This document shows positions 29,476 to 39,661 of a DNA stretch of 64,000 nucleotides, piece by piece. The stretch is from the NCBI GenBank assembly GCA_035500095.1, contig DATJXN010000022.1:34561-98560 (forward strand). Direction: 5' to 3'. The notes below the pieces were generated by a model, which saw only the letters and a program-made list of their open reading frames with translations, did no database searches and was not told the DNA's origin. The first letter of the stretch is position 1. Each line of letters starts with the position of its first letter. This DNA comes from Candidatus Binataceae bacterium. GTDB taxonomy: Bacteria > Desulfobacterota > Binatia > Binatales > Binataceae. A program made the position numbers and the translations under genes.

Positions 29476-32019
29476 TCACAGCATGTTGACCGGGTCAAGA
29501 TCGACGCCGACGAAAACGCCGCCGCGCGCGCCGCGGCCGCCCAGCGACGCCTGCATCGAGACCAGCGCCGCGCGCATCGCGGCTGCCTCGGTTGACCTGA
29601 GCATCACCTGCCATCGATAGCGCCCGCGCAACCGTTCGATCGGCGCGGGCGCAGGCCCCAGTACGCGCATCCCCTCGCCCCTCGCGTCCCGGTTCTCGCT
29701 CCGCAGCATCCCGGCCGCCCGCTCAGCCGTCGCGGCGACCGCGGCAGCGTCGGGCCCCTCGATTCGCACCAGCGCCATCCGCGAGTACGGAGGCCATCCA
29801 AGTTCCTGGCGCAGGCGCAGCTCGCGCCGGATGAAGCGATCGTAGTCCTGGTCGCGCGCCGCGCGGATGCTGTAATGATGCGGCGCGTAGGTCTGGATAA
29901 GCACGCGCCCCGGACGCTCGCCGCGCCCCGCGCGCCCCGCCACCTGCGTCAGCAGTTGAAAGGTGCGCTCCGCAGCGCGGAAATCGGGCAAGTTGAGCCC
30001 GAGGTCGGCGAGCACCACGCCGACCAGCGTCACGCCCGGCAAATCGAAGCCCTTGGTGATCATCTGCGTGCCGACCATGACGTCGATCTCGCCGCGCCGC
30101 AGGCGTTCCACCAGTTCGAGGCGAATTCCGCGCCGTCCGCTGGTGTCGCTGTCCATCCGCTCGATCCGCGCCTGCGGCAGCGCGGCCGCAAGCGCCTCCG
30201 CCAGCCGCTCGGTGCCGAAGCCCTGGCCCACCAGCCCGAACCCTTTGCATTCGGGACACGCCTCAGGCGCCGGCTGACGCGCGCCGCACCAATGGCATCG
30301 CAGCGAACGGTCGCGCAGATGAAAGGTCATGCTGACACTGCAATTGCCGCATGAGAGCACGACGCCGCAGAGATGGCATTGCAGGAAGTTGTGAAAGCCG
30401 CGGCGGTTTAGAAAGACCACGCTCTGGCCGCCCGCGGCCAGGTTGGCGCGAAGCGCGTTGAGCAGCGGCGCCGACAGCGGCACCGCCCGCGGCTCCTCGG
30501 GCTTGGCAGGGCCGCCATCCGCGCGCGACGGACCTTTCTTGAATTCCGCGCGCAGGTCGACGACCTCGACCTCCGCCAGCGGACGCTCCATCACCCGCCT
30601 CGCCATCCGCAACAGCCGATAGCGTCCGCGCCGGGCGTTGTAGAACGACTCTGACGACGGCGTCGCGGAGCCCAGCACGACGGGGCACGGCGCGAGCCGC
30701 CCGAGCATCACCGCAAGGTCGCGCGCGTTGTAGCGAATTCCCTCTTCCTGTTTGTAGGCGGGGTCGTGCTCCTCGTCGACCACGATCAGCCCGAGCCCGG
30801 CAAGCGGTGCGAAGATGGCCGAGCGGGGGCCGATCATGATACGCGCCTGACCGTCTAGCGCCGCCATCCAACTGGCCCAGCGCTCGGCCACGTTCTGCGC
30901 GCTATGCGCGATGGCCACCAGCGGGCCGAAGCGGGCGCGAAACGATCGGACTATCTGGTCGGCGAGCGCGATCTCCGGCACCAGCACCAGCACTTGCCGG
31001 CCGGCTTCTAAAGCCGCCGCCGCGAGTTTCAGGTAAACCTCGGTCTTGCCGCTCGCGGTGATGCCCCACAGCAAAAAGGCGCCCTCGCGCCCTCCTGTGA
31101 CGGCGGGCATCACGGTTTCGATCGCCGCCGCCTGCTCAGGCATCAACTCGTAATCGCCGCCGCCGTGCGCATCGGGAGCTCCCGCGCCGCCGATCGCGTC
31201 CCCGACATTCGCCCACGGCGCAGCTGCCGTACGCGGGGCCGACTCGACTTCGACCACTCCGCGCCTTGCCAGCGCGCGCACTGCGGCACGCGCGCCTGGC
31301 ACCTGCTCCTCCAATTCTTCGAGCCCAAGCGCTTGCGGCGCAGCCTCGTCGAGCAGGCGCACGATTTCGCGCTGGTTGACTCCGCGGAGCTTTACCGCGC
31401 TCGATGGCGGCGCGCCGGGGGTAAGGCGCACGACGCTCGTGCTCCGATGGCGTCCCCGAATCGACTCCGCGATCTCGACGATCCGTTCCGCGACGAGACG
31501 GGCGAGTGCCGAGGTGACTTCGCCCGCCTCGCCCAAACGGGCGACTTCCCGCACGGTCATCGCGCGGCGTTCGAGCGTCTTCAGGATCGCGCGTTCGATC
31601 GGCGAGAGCGTCGCCTCGCGGAGCGCGTCGGGCGCCGCCGCCAGCCGATACAGTTTGCGCGATTCGATCCGCGCGGCCGCCGGCACCACGCTCTGCATCG
31701 CGTCGCCGAGCGGCGCCATGTAATAGGCGGCCATGAATTCGATGAGCGCGAGATGGGCGCGGTCGTAGAGCGGCCGGGATTCCGGAAGTTCCAGGATCGG
31801 CTTGAGCGCTCCGGCGCCGGCATCCAGCCCCTCGCCAACTTCGGTCACGATTCCGGTCAGGCGGCGCGCGCGCAGCGGCACCAGCACCCGATGGCCGCAC
31901 TGCACGCGCCCTTCGAGCGCGGGCGGAATCGCATAGGTCAGCTGTCCCACGCCGCGCGCCGCGCCGATCAGAATCACCTTCGCCTGCATCGCGATTGCCA
32001 TTGGCAATTTACATGGCAC
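29476..32019 (-). CDS. priA: Primosomal protein N' (replication restart helicase PriA)
   Basis: Walker A GITASGKTEVYL, DEEHD box, Cys-rich zinc region CHLCGVVLSCGNCSVSMTFH...CHWCG...CPECKG. Start could be an internal Met (aa 7 or 11). Confidence 0.92.
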   Translation of the reverse strand: MPCKLPMAIAMQAKVILIGAARGVGQLTYAIPPALEGRVQCGHRVLVPLRARRLTGIVTEVGEGLDAGAGALKPILELPESRPLYDRAHLALIEFMAAYYMAPLGDAMQSVVPAAARIESRKLYRLAAAPDALREATLSPIERAILKTLERRAMTVREVARLGEAGEVTSALARLVAERIVEIAESIRGRHRSTSVVRLTPGAPPSSAVKLRGVNQREIVRLLDEAAPQALGLEELEEQVPGARAAVRALARRGVVEVESAPRTAAAPWANVGDAIGGAGAPDAHGGGDYELMPEQAAAIETVMPAVTGGREGAFLLWGITASGKTEVYLKLAAAALEAGRQVLVLVPEIALADQIVRSFRARFGPLVAIAHSAQNVAERWASWMAALDGQARIMIGPRSAIFAPLAGLGLIVVDEEHDPAYKQEEGIRYNARDLAVMLGRLAPCPVVLGSATPSSESFYNARRGRYRLLRMARRVMERPLAEVEVVDLRAEFKKGPSRADGGPAKPEEPRAVPLSAPLLNALRANLAAGGQSVVFLNRRGFHNFLQCHLCGVVLSCGNCSVSMTFHLRDRSLRCHWCGARQPAPEACPECKGFGLVGQGFGTERLAEALAAALPQARIERMDSDTSGRRGIRLELVERLRRGEIDVMVGTQMITKGFDLPGVTLVGVVLADLGLNLPDFRAAERTFQLLTQVAGRAGRGERPGRVLIQTYAPHHYSIRAARDQDYDRFIRRELRLRQELGWPPYSRMALVRIEGPDAAAVAATAERAAGMLRSENRDARGEGMRVLGPAPAPIERLRGRYRWQVMLRSTEAAAMRAALVSMQASLGGRGARGGVFVGVDLDPVNML

Positions 32020-32091
32020 GAACGCGCAGGCAACCGCCCTTAAGCGGCGCGAGACGCTGACGCGGGATTTCGCTCTTGCCGGAAGACCGGC

Positions 32092-32646
32092 TCAGGCCGG
32101 CAGACGGCGCACAGTTAACGCCAGCATGATTTCAGTCCAGCCGTCCACGATCATGTCGATGCCGATGAACATTCCGATGACCCAGAGCCCCGAGACCGGC
32201 CACGAGCGCCAGATCATCACGCCCAGCAGGATCGAGATCGCGCCGTTGAGGACGAGCCATCCGCGATGATGGAGCGGCGTCGAGAAGGCGATGAAGAGGC
32301 GGAACAGGCCCGCGACGATCAGCATCACGGCGATTACGAGCGTCAGCGTAACCGCCGCCAAGGCCGGATTCGAGACCATCACCAGGCCGGCCACCGCGTA
32401 CAGCACTCCGCCGAGCAGGTTGATGAAAAAGCCGCTCCACGGCCGGTGCGAGAAGCCGTGAATCACTTCGAAGATGCCGCCGATAATCAGCAACCATCCG
32501 AGAAACAGCACCGAGACGATGGTCATCGCGACCGCCGAGCCGATCGCGACGATGCCGAGGATGACGAGCGCGATTCCCACCACGAGGAACCACGTCGTAT
32601 GTTTGCGCACTTCGTCGATTCCAGTACTCACCGCCAGTGGAGTCAT
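32092..32646 (-). CDS. HdeD/DUF308 family membrane protein
   Basis: 184 aa, six predicted TM helices, repeated GxxxIxxG-type DUF308 pattern (WFLVVGIALVILGIVAI..., LLIIGGIFEVIHGF). Confidence 0.7.
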   Translation of the reverse strand: MTPLAVSTGIDEVRKHTTWFLVVGIALVILGIVAIGSAVAMTIVSVLFLGWLLIIGGIFEVIHGFSHRPWSGFFINLLGGVLYAVAGLVMVSNPALAAVTLTLVIAVMLIVAGLFRLFIAFSTPLHHRGWLVLNGAISILLGVMIWRSWPVSGLWVIGMFIGIDMIVDGWTEIMLALTVRRLPA

Positions 32647-32885
32647 GGCCTTGGCCTCCTGTGACGCGTAGGCTGCGCGAGCGTCTGTTCGCGATGTAGC
32701 TTAGAACCGCTATCATGGCGGTCGCGCGAAACGCTATCCGACCAAGGTCGCGTACTTGCCGATACGCGCGGCCGCGCGCTTTGCCGCAGGTGGCGGCGTC
32801 CCTGCCCACTATGCAGATGGCCGTGCGGCGCGGCATTGTGCTACGAGCTAAAGGCGAACTTGCGTCGAAACAGGATGGAAGAGTC

Positions 32886-33491
32886 ATGAGCGAGAGCTGG
32901 CAACTGGACGGCGAATATTTCGAGTCTTGCAACTGCGAATTGCTATGCCCCTGCCTGCTGGCCAAAGGCTCGAAGCCGACCGAGGGCCATTGCGACGTCG
33001 TCGTCGCCTTCCATATAAAGTCGGGCAAGTACGGCAACACCGACCTCTCGGGCCTCAACGCGGTCACCGTGATCTACACCCCCGGCATCATGACCGAGGG
33101 CAAATGGACGATGGGCTCGTATGTTGACGAACGGGCCAACGACGCGCAGCGCGCGGCGCTGGAGAGAATTTTCACCGCGCAGGCCGGCGGCCCGCTCTCG
33201 CGCTTCGCTCCGCTCGTCGCGCATCGGCTGCCCGCCCATCGCGCCGCGATCAGTTTCGCGAGCGAGGGCAACACGCGCAAGCTTTCGATCGAGAACGTCA
33301 CGGAAGTCACCGTTCAGGGCGTAGCCGGCGCCAACGGCGAACAGGTCTGGTTCGATAACGTCGCGCATTTCGCCTCCAAGCGGCTGGCCGCAGCCAGGAG
33401 CACCGTGAGCCATTTCAAGGACCAGGGGCTAAGCTTCGACAACACAGGCCGCAATGGGCACTTCGCAGATATCCGCTGGTCGAACGCGTAG
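32886..33491 (+). CDS. DUF1326 family protein
   Basis: ATG 32886 gives MSESWQLDGEYFESCNCELLCPCLL..., the Cys-rich N-terminal signature recalled for DUF1326. Confidence 0.6.
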   Translation: MSESWQLDGEYFESCNCELLCPCLLAKGSKPTEGHCDVVVAFHIKSGKYGNTDLSGLNAVTVIYTPGIMTEGKWTMGSYVDERANDAQRAALERIFTAQAGGPLSRFAPLVAHRLPAHRAAISFASEGNTRKLSIENVTEVTVQGVAGANGEQVWFDNVAHFASKRLAAARSTVSHFKDQGLSFDNTGRNGHFADIRWSNA

Positions 33492-33695
33492 TCTTTGCCC
33501 GATAGTCTTTCTCCGATAGTCCTGGGCCCATAATCCTGACCCATAGTATTGGCCGCAGCCCCCGAAGCTCATCGCCCAAGAGGGCCGCGATTTTCGCGCG
33601 CAGGCGTATCGGCTTTCCCCGCCGCGCCAACTCTGGTTGAATCGATCGACTACGAGCGCGGCTTACTGCCGGCTCGGCGGACGGACGATTTCAAG

Positions 33696-34862
33696 ATGCT
33701 GCGTTTCCTCACGGCCGGCGAGTCGCACGGCCCCGAACTGGTCGCGGTGGTCGAAGGCTACCCCGCCGGTTTCGATATCGACCTCGCGAAGGTCAACCAC
33801 GACCTCGCGCGCCGCCAGAAAGGCTACGGGCGGGGCGGACGGATGGCGATCGAGCGCGACGAGGTGCGAGTGGTTTCGGGCGTGCGCTTCGGGCGCTCGA
33901 TGGGCAGTCCGATCACGCTCATCGTCGAGAATCACGACTTCAAAAACTGGGTCAAGCGGATGTCCGTCGATCCCGCCGACCGCGGGGCGGCCGAGCCGGT
34001 CACGCGGCCGCGCCCCGGCCATGCCGACCTCGCAGGCGTGCTCAAATACAACCTCGACGATGTACGCGACGTGCTCGAACGCGCCTCGGCCCGCGAGACC
34101 ACGATGCGGGTTGCGGTGGGCGCGCTCGCCAAGCTGCTGCTCGAGCCTTTCGGCATCACCACGCTCGGCTACGTCGCAAGTATCGGCTCGACCGAGGCGC
34201 GAACGCCCATCGACATGAGTATTGAGGATCTGGCGCGGGTGACCGAGGCCTCGCAGGTGCGCGTCGCCGATCCCGACGCCGAGCGCGCGATAATCGCCGA
34301 GATCGACGAGTGCAAAAAAACCGGCGACACGCTGGGCGGCGTGGTCGAGGTGGTTGCCACCGGATTGCCGGTCGGGCTGGGCAGCCACGTGCAATGGGAT
34401 CGCAAGCTCGACGGGCGCCTCGCGCACGTGCTGCTGAGCCTGCAGGCGGTCAAGGGCGTCGAGCTGGGGCTGGGCTTTCGCGCTGCTGCGATGCGCGGCT
34501 CGGCGCTGCACGACGAAATCGCGTACGACGCCGGCGCGCGCCGCTTCATCCGCAACTCCAACAATTCGGGCGGCACCGAAGGCGGGATGACCACCGGCGA
34601 ACCGCTGCGCGTGCGCGTCGCGTTCAAACCGCTGTCCACCCTGATGCGGCCGCTGCGCTCGGCCGACATCCGCACCAAGGCCGAGTCGGTCGGCAATACC
34701 GAGCGCTCCGACGTTTGCGCGATTCCGGCCGCCGCGGTTATCGCCGAGGCGGTGGTCGCGTTCGAACTGGCCAACGCCTTCGTGGAAAAGTTCGGCGGCG
34801 ATTCGCGGACCGAGATCGCGCGCAACTACCAGGGCTACCTCGAGCAGGTGCGCAATTTTTGA
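33696..34862 (+). CDS. aroC: Chorismate synthase
   Basis: MLRFLTAGESHGPELVAVVEGYPAG, GRSSARETTMRVA-like segment, C-terminal FMN-binding motifs. Start at ATG 33696 within the longer track ORF. Confidence 0.95.
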   Translation: MLRFLTAGESHGPELVAVVEGYPAGFDIDLAKVNHDLARRQKGYGRGGRMAIERDEVRVVSGVRFGRSMGSPITLIVENHDFKNWVKRMSVDPADRGAAEPVTRPRPGHADLAGVLKYNLDDVRDVLERASARETTMRVAVGALAKLLLEPFGITTLGYVASIGSTEARTPIDMSIEDLARVTEASQVRVADPDAERAIIAEIDECKKTGDTLGGVVEVVATGLPVGLGSHVQWDRKLDGRLAHVLLSLQAVKGVELGLGFRAAAMRGSALHDEIAYDAGARRFIRNSNNSGGTEGGMTTGEPLRVRVAFKPLSTLMRPLRSADIRTKAESVGNTERSDVCAIPAAAVIAEAVVAFELANAFVEKFGGDSRTEIARNYQGYLEQVRNF

Positions 34863-34885
34863 CGCCGCCGGGCTCCAAGGGCGCG

Positions 34886-35467
34886 ATGGCTCCGAAGTTG
34901 ATCCTTACGGGCTTCATGGCGACGGGCAAGAGCGCGGTGGGCCGCGCGGTCGCGGCGCGCCTGGGATGGAGGCTGCGCGACAGCGACGCCGAACTGGTGG
35001 CGCGGGCGGGCAAGCCGATTCCGGCAATCTTCGCCGAACACGGCGAGGCGTACTTTCGCGCGCTGGAGCGCGAGGTAATCGCCGCGCTGGCTGACGAACC
35101 GGCGCTGTGTCCGCAATGCGGCGAGCCGCGGCCCGCGGTTATCTCGACCGGCGGCGGCGCGCTGGTCGATGAACGCAACTACCTCGCGCTCAAGCGCGCG
35201 GGCGTGATCGTGTGTCTGAGCGCGCGCCCCGAGGTGATCGCGGAGCGCGTGCGGCGCGCTCCGCACAAGCGGCCCAAGCTGCTCGAGGGTGGCCAGCCGC
35301 TGGAAGCGCGGATCAACGAACTCCTTGAAGAACGGCGCGCGGCCTACGCGCGCGCCGATTATACCGTGGACACATCCGATCTTTCGGTTGCCGAGTCGGC
35401 CGAACGCGTACTCGAGATCTTCAGCCGGCACGGCGGAAGGAGACATCGATGCACACCTTCCGCGTAA
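34886..35467 (+). CDS. aroK: Shikimate kinase
   Basis: MAPKLILTGFMATGKSAVGRAVA (P-loop), DSD, FRALE and STGGGA motifs. Extra Cys-containing insert ADEPALCPQCGEPRP. Confidence 0.9.
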   Translation: MAPKLILTGFMATGKSAVGRAVAARLGWRLRDSDAELVARAGKPIPAIFAEHGEAYFRALEREVIAALADEPALCPQCGEPRPAVISTGGGALVDERNYLALKRAGVIVCLSARPEVIAERVRRAPHKRPKLLEGGQPLEARINELLEERRAAYARADYTVDTSDLSVAESAERVLEIFSRHGGRRHRCTPSA

Positions 35468-36525
35468 AACTGGGCCGCGACGCACATCCAGTTCACGTCG
35501 GCGCCGGGACGCTCGAGCAGACCGGACGGCTCGCGCGCAAGGCGGGCCTTGCCGCCGGACGAGCGCTGATCGTCACCGACGTAAACGTTGCGCGTCTTTT
35601 CGGCGAACCCGTGGCCGCCTCGCTTGCCGAGGCGGGCTTTGCCGCGCGGACCCTGGAGGTTGCGCCGGGAGAGCAGAGCAAATCTTTCGCGGCGCTCGCG
35701 CAAGTTTTCGACGCGATGGTCGAGGCGGAACTCGATCGCGCCAGCACCGTGTTTGCGCTCGGCGGCGGCGTGGTCGGCGACCTCGCCGGCTTCGCCGCGG
35801 CGACCTACATGCGCGGCGTGGCGTTGGTGCAAATCCCGACCACGATGATCGCGCAGGTCGATTCGTCCCTGGGCGGCAAGACCGCGATCAACCATCCACG
35901 GGCCAAGAACCTGATCGGCGCGTTCTACCAGCCGCGCCTGATCGTCGCCGACGTAAAACTGCTCGAGACGCTCCCCGATCGCGAATTTCGCGAGGGCCTG
36001 GCCGAGGTCATCAAGTACGGCGCGATCATGGATGCGCCGATGATCGAAGAACTGGAGCAGGGGCTCGACGCGATTTTGCATCGCGATCCTGCGGCGCTCG
36101 AGCGGATGGTCGCGCGCTCGCTGCATCATAAGGCGACTATCGTCGCGAGCGACGCGCGCGAGGGCGGCCTGCGCAAGATCCTGAACTATGGACACACGGC
36201 CGGGCACGCGCTCGAAGCGTCGTCGGGCTACGGCAATTACCTGCACGGCGAGGCGGTCGCGATCGGGATGGTGGCGGCGGGCCGGCTCTCGCAGGCGTTC
36301 GCGGGACTGAGCGCCGCCGAGGCCGAACGGCTCGAGCGGCTGATCACGCGGGCCGGCTTGCCGACCGCGATGCCCGAGGGATGGCGCGGCGAGGATTTCG
36401 TGCGCGCGCTGCGGCTCGACAAGAAGCGCACCGGCGACGAGGTCGAGTTCGTGCTGCTCGATCGCATCGGCGACGCGCTGACCTGCAAGCTGAGCTTCGA
36501 GGAGATTGTCGCCAACCTCGGCTGA
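35449..36525 (+). CDS. aroB: 3-dehydroquinate synthase
   Basis: GGGVVGDLAGFAAATYMRGV, DSSLGGKTAINH, LNYGHTAGHALE. Overlaps aroK by 19 nt. Confidence 0.95.
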   Translation: MHTFRVKLGRDAHPVHVGAGTLEQTGRLARKAGLAAGRALIVTDVNVARLFGEPVAASLAEAGFAARTLEVAPGEQSKSFAALAQVFDAMVEAELDRASTVFALGGGVVGDLAGFAAATYMRGVALVQIPTTMIAQVDSSLGGKTAINHPRAKNLIGAFYQPRLIVADVKLLETLPDREFREGLAEVIKYGAIMDAPMIEELEQGLDAILHRDPAALERMVARSLHHKATIVASDAREGGLRKILNYGHTAGHALEASSGYGNYLHGEAVAIGMVAAGRLSQAFAGLSAAEAERLERLITRAGLPTAMPEGWRGEDFVRALRLDKKRTGDEVEFVLLDRIGDALTCKLSFEEIVANLG

Positions 36526-36572
36526 GCGAATCCGCCGGCCGGATCTTTCTTCGGCTGGCGCAGGCTATCCGC

Positions 36573-38957
36573 TTATCCCTTGCGTTCCATCAGCCTAACG
36601 CGGCCGAGGAACTTCGGCCGGATGAGCACGGTCTCAAGCGGCAGCACGCTCATCGCGAGCAGTCCGTTGAAGGCCATCACCAGCGCCAGCATCAGGCCCA
36701 TCTCGGCGAGGAATCGCAGGTCCGAGAGGAAATACCAGGGCAGCACGCCGACCACCATGGTGAAGGCGACGAAAAAGGTCGCCTCGCCGGTGGTAAAAAC
36801 CGCGCGCGTCACTGCGGCCTGCACGTCGCCGTCAGCCGCGCCCTGGAACTCCTCGCAGATGCGGCTTAGCAGGTAGATTCCGTAGTCGATGCCGACGCCG
36901 AGCCCGACCGCGACGACCGGCAGCGTGTTGACGTCGAGGCCGACCCCGCGGAGATACATCACCGAATCAGTGGCGAACTGCGCGAACAGCAGCGGCACGA
37001 GCAGCATCGCAGCGGCGACGGCCGAATGGTACGTCAGCACGCACATCACGAAGATGGTCGCGAGCAGGTAGAGAAGGATTTTCAGATCGGCCGCGCGCAC
37101 CACGTGGTCGAGCGCGTATTGCAGCGCCACCGCGCCAGTGGCAAGCCGGATGCGGTAGATGGGCGAGGGTTTGGGCTGCACTTCGGCGATCGCGCGCTTG
37201 GCCTGCGCCATCGCCTGGTCCACCGTGCTCGCGCGCAGGTCCTTGTACCACAGGATGACGTCGCCGTTGGTGCCGTTGGGCTCGATTATGTTGGCGAAGT
37301 TTTCCAGCGAGTGTCCGGTGCGGGTCCAGAACAGGTAGGCGCCCACGTCATGGCCGGTGAGATCGATCGGCAGCCACTTGGGATTGCCGCCGCGCAGGAT
37401 GAGACCCGTATAAGGGATGTAGTCCGCGAGCGAGAGCGTTGCGATTGCGCCATGGTTGCGCTCGATCGCCTTCTGGAAACGAAGCATCGAGTCGTACACC
37501 TCGGAATAGTAGAGCGCGCGCGGAAGCTTGCCCTCCCATACCACATTGAGGGTCGCGGTGCCGGCCAGATTGGCGTTGATTTCGCGCTCGGCAACGTTGA
37601 ATTCGTTGTCGGGCCACAGCAGCGGGCTCCCGATCGAGACGTTGCCGACCGGACGGCTGATCGCCACAAACGCGAGCAGCGCCGCCGCCGGGAGCGCGAT
37701 CGCCGTCGCTACAATCCGCATCCGCGGCGTCAGCAATCCGGCCAGCACCCGCTGCACGGGCTCGATCAGCCGAGTGCTGAGCGAGGGGACTTCGTGGGTG
37801 ATGAAGACGCTTACGTCCTTGGGCGGCGGTAGAAGGGCGAGCAGCACCGGCGTGAGCAGCACCGCCGAGGGAATGATCAGGAGCGACCAGGTGCCGCAGA
37901 GCACGCCGAGCTTCTGAATTATCGGAATCGGCGCGAGGCAAATCATGTAGAGCCCCGCGACGTCGCACATGATGCCGAGGAAAGCCGGCGCGAACATCGA
38001 GGCCAGCGCGCCCGCCGCGCCGGACACGCGCTCATGGGTCTCGTAAAGAATCTCGTAGTAGCGCCGCGTGATTTGCAGCGAGTGGCTGAGCGCCCGCGCC
38101 ATCAGCAGCACCGGCACCACCACGGTCAGCGGTTCGAGGTTGAGCCCCATCCATCCGCCCGCGCCGAGCCCCCAGATGGTCGATACGGCGGCCGCGATAA
38201 TCGGGGTCAGCGCGCCGGCGAGGCTGCGCATGTAGTCGATGTGGGCCAGAATGATCAGGGCGAGCGAAAGCAGGAAAATCCACAGCGCCTGATGGCCATA
38301 GCGGTAAACCCACGCGATCAGCATCACGCGCCCGGCCGTGTAGAACTCGACGTTCGGATCGCTCTCCGCCGCGAGCATCTTGTGCACGCGCTCGAAGACG
38401 CCGGCATAGTCGAGGCCTTGCTCGAAGAACGCGGCATCGATCAGGGTCGCCTTCTCGTCGGGCGAAACCAGGATTCCGGTGACGCCGGCGGCGTGCCGGG
38501 CGCGCCCTTGCACCGCCTCGGCCTCCGCCTGCGTGGTCGGGATTTTGTCCGTCATCACGGGCTCGGAACTGAGTCCGGGCGGCGTTGGCCGGATGACGCG
38601 GACTTTCTCGCTCGCGATCGAAGTCAGGGTGACGTGGTCGATGCCGGGCACCAGGTCAAGCTCGCGCGTGATGCGCCAGATGCGGGCGAGCGTCTGCGGC
38701 GTATAGATAGTCCCGTGCCTGACCTTGAGCAGGATCTCGACCGTCGCCGGCTTGCTGAAACTCTGGTAGCGCTTGAAGACGTCGGTGACCGGATTGTGCG
38801 CCGGGACGAGGTCGGCGACCGAAGTCTGGGCCTGGAAACTGTGCGCGATGCGCGCGACGCCGACGGCAAAAAAACCCGTCAGCGCCACGTATACGACGAT
38901 CACCTGCCAGCGCCAGCGAATTAAAAAATTGGCGGTTCTCTGACCCATCGATAGCAT
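36573..38957 (-). CDS. RND-superfamily MMPL/HpnN-like transporter
   Basis: 794 aa. Two blocks of about 6 TM helices separated by soluble loops. Sterol-sensing/MMPL-like repeats. Confidence 0.75.
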   Translation of the reverse strand: MLSMGQRTANFLIRWRWQVIVVYVALTGFFAVGVARIAHSFQAQTSVADLVPAHNPVTDVFKRYQSFSKPATVEILLKVRHGTIYTPQTLARIWRITRELDLVPGIDHVTLTSIASEKVRVIRPTPPGLSSEPVMTDKIPTTQAEAEAVQGRARHAAGVTGILVSPDEKATLIDAAFFEQGLDYAGVFERVHKMLAAESDPNVEFYTAGRVMLIAWVYRYGHQALWIFLLSLALIILAHIDYMRSLAGALTPIIAAAVSTIWGLGAGGWMGLNLEPLTVVVPVLLMARALSHSLQITRRYYEILYETHERVSGAAGALASMFAPAFLGIMCDVAGLYMICLAPIPIIQKLGVLCGTWSLLIIPSAVLLTPVLLALLPPPKDVSVFITHEVPSLSTRLIEPVQRVLAGLLTPRMRIVATAIALPAAALLAFVAISRPVGNVSIGSPLLWPDNEFNVAEREINANLAGTATLNVVWEGKLPRALYYSEVYDSMLRFQKAIERNHGAIATLSLADYIPYTGLILRGGNPKWLPIDLTGHDVGAYLFWTRTGHSLENFANIIEPNGTNGDVILWYKDLRASTVDQAMAQAKRAIAEVQPKPSPIYRIRLATGAVALQYALDHVVRAADLKILLYLLATIFVMCVLTYHSAVAAAMLLVPLLFAQFATDSVMYLRGVGLDVNTLPVVAVGLGVGIDYGIYLLSRICEEFQGAADGDVQAAVTRAVFTTGEATFFVAFTMVVGVLPWYFLSDLRFLAEMGLMLALVMAFNGLLAMSVLPLETVLIRPKFLGRVRLMERKG

Positions 38958-39124
38958 TTTGATTTAGACCGATATCCTTGCGGCGAGCGTGTCATCCGAC
39001 CAGACCGAAGGCGGTCGAGTCAAGCTGGACCTCAGCACGTCAGCAATGACCATGACTGCGCATGTGAACCGTAAAGTTATGCACAAGATTTGGATAATTG
39101 TTGATACTCGTGACCGGTGGAAAT

Positions 39125-39152
39125 ATTTACATTGGGTGACCGACGCATAGAA
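39125..39152 (+). promoter_or_regulatory. Sigma70-like promoter candidate (TTTACA-N16-TAGAAT)
   Basis: TTTACA at 39125-39130 and TAGAAT at 39147-39152, in an AT-rich intergenic region about 130 nt upstream of the HTH gene. Confidence 0.4.
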
Positions 39153-39285
39153 TACCGCGCGTCAGCCTAAAGGCGGAGCGGCGGATTTGGGAGAGTAGAA
39201 CTTTCTTTTCACGCGGACCTGCACCAGCCTGCGGACTCTCTTCATCCGAATCGCTGACTCAGGCGCCCGAAGTTCTGGCGAGGGG

Positions 39286-39534
39286 GTGGAGATGATGAAC
39301 AATCGCGTATTCAATCGAACGACGATGCCGGATCTCGACACGGTAACGCAGCGCGTCATGACCGTGCAGGACGTTTCGGCCTACCTGCGCGTTCACCCGT
39401 CAACCGTTTACCGTCTGCTCAAGCGCAACGAATTGCCGGCGTTCCGCGTCGGCAGCGACTGGCGCTTTAACGTCGAGGCCATCGACCGCTGGCGATCGCA
39501 GATGGAAGCGGGCGCTCAAGTGCTCGACAAATAA
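39286..39534 (+). CDS. Small excisionase/MerR-type helix-turn-helix DNA-binding protein
   Basis: MTVQDVSAYLRVHPSTVYRLLKRNELPAFRVGSDWRFNVEAIDRWR is a typical excisionase-family HTH. Start ambiguous (GTG 39286, ATG 39292 or ATG 39295, after GAGGGGG). Confidence 0.75.
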   Translation: MEMMNNRVFNRTTMPDLDTVTQRVMTVQDVSAYLRVHPSTVYRLLKRNELPAFRVGSDWRFNVEAIDRWRSQMEAGAQVLDK

Positions 39535-39620
39535 CGCCGGCCAGAGCGCCAGAGTTCCGGCTCGGAAATCCCGGTTCCGGCTTGAACGAATAGCCGCGGC
39601 CGCGTGGCGCCGAAGCTGCT

Positions 39621-39659
39621 CGCGCTCGCGCGCGAGACGGCTTGCTTCGCGCGAGCGCG
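39621..39659. terminator. 12-bp GC hairpin between convergent genes
   Basis: CGCGCTCGCGCG (39621-39632) pairs with CGCGCGAGCGCG (39648-39659). Lies between the HTH (+) and phosphotriesterase-like (-) 3' ends. Confidence 0.4.
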
Positions 39660-39661
39660 CG

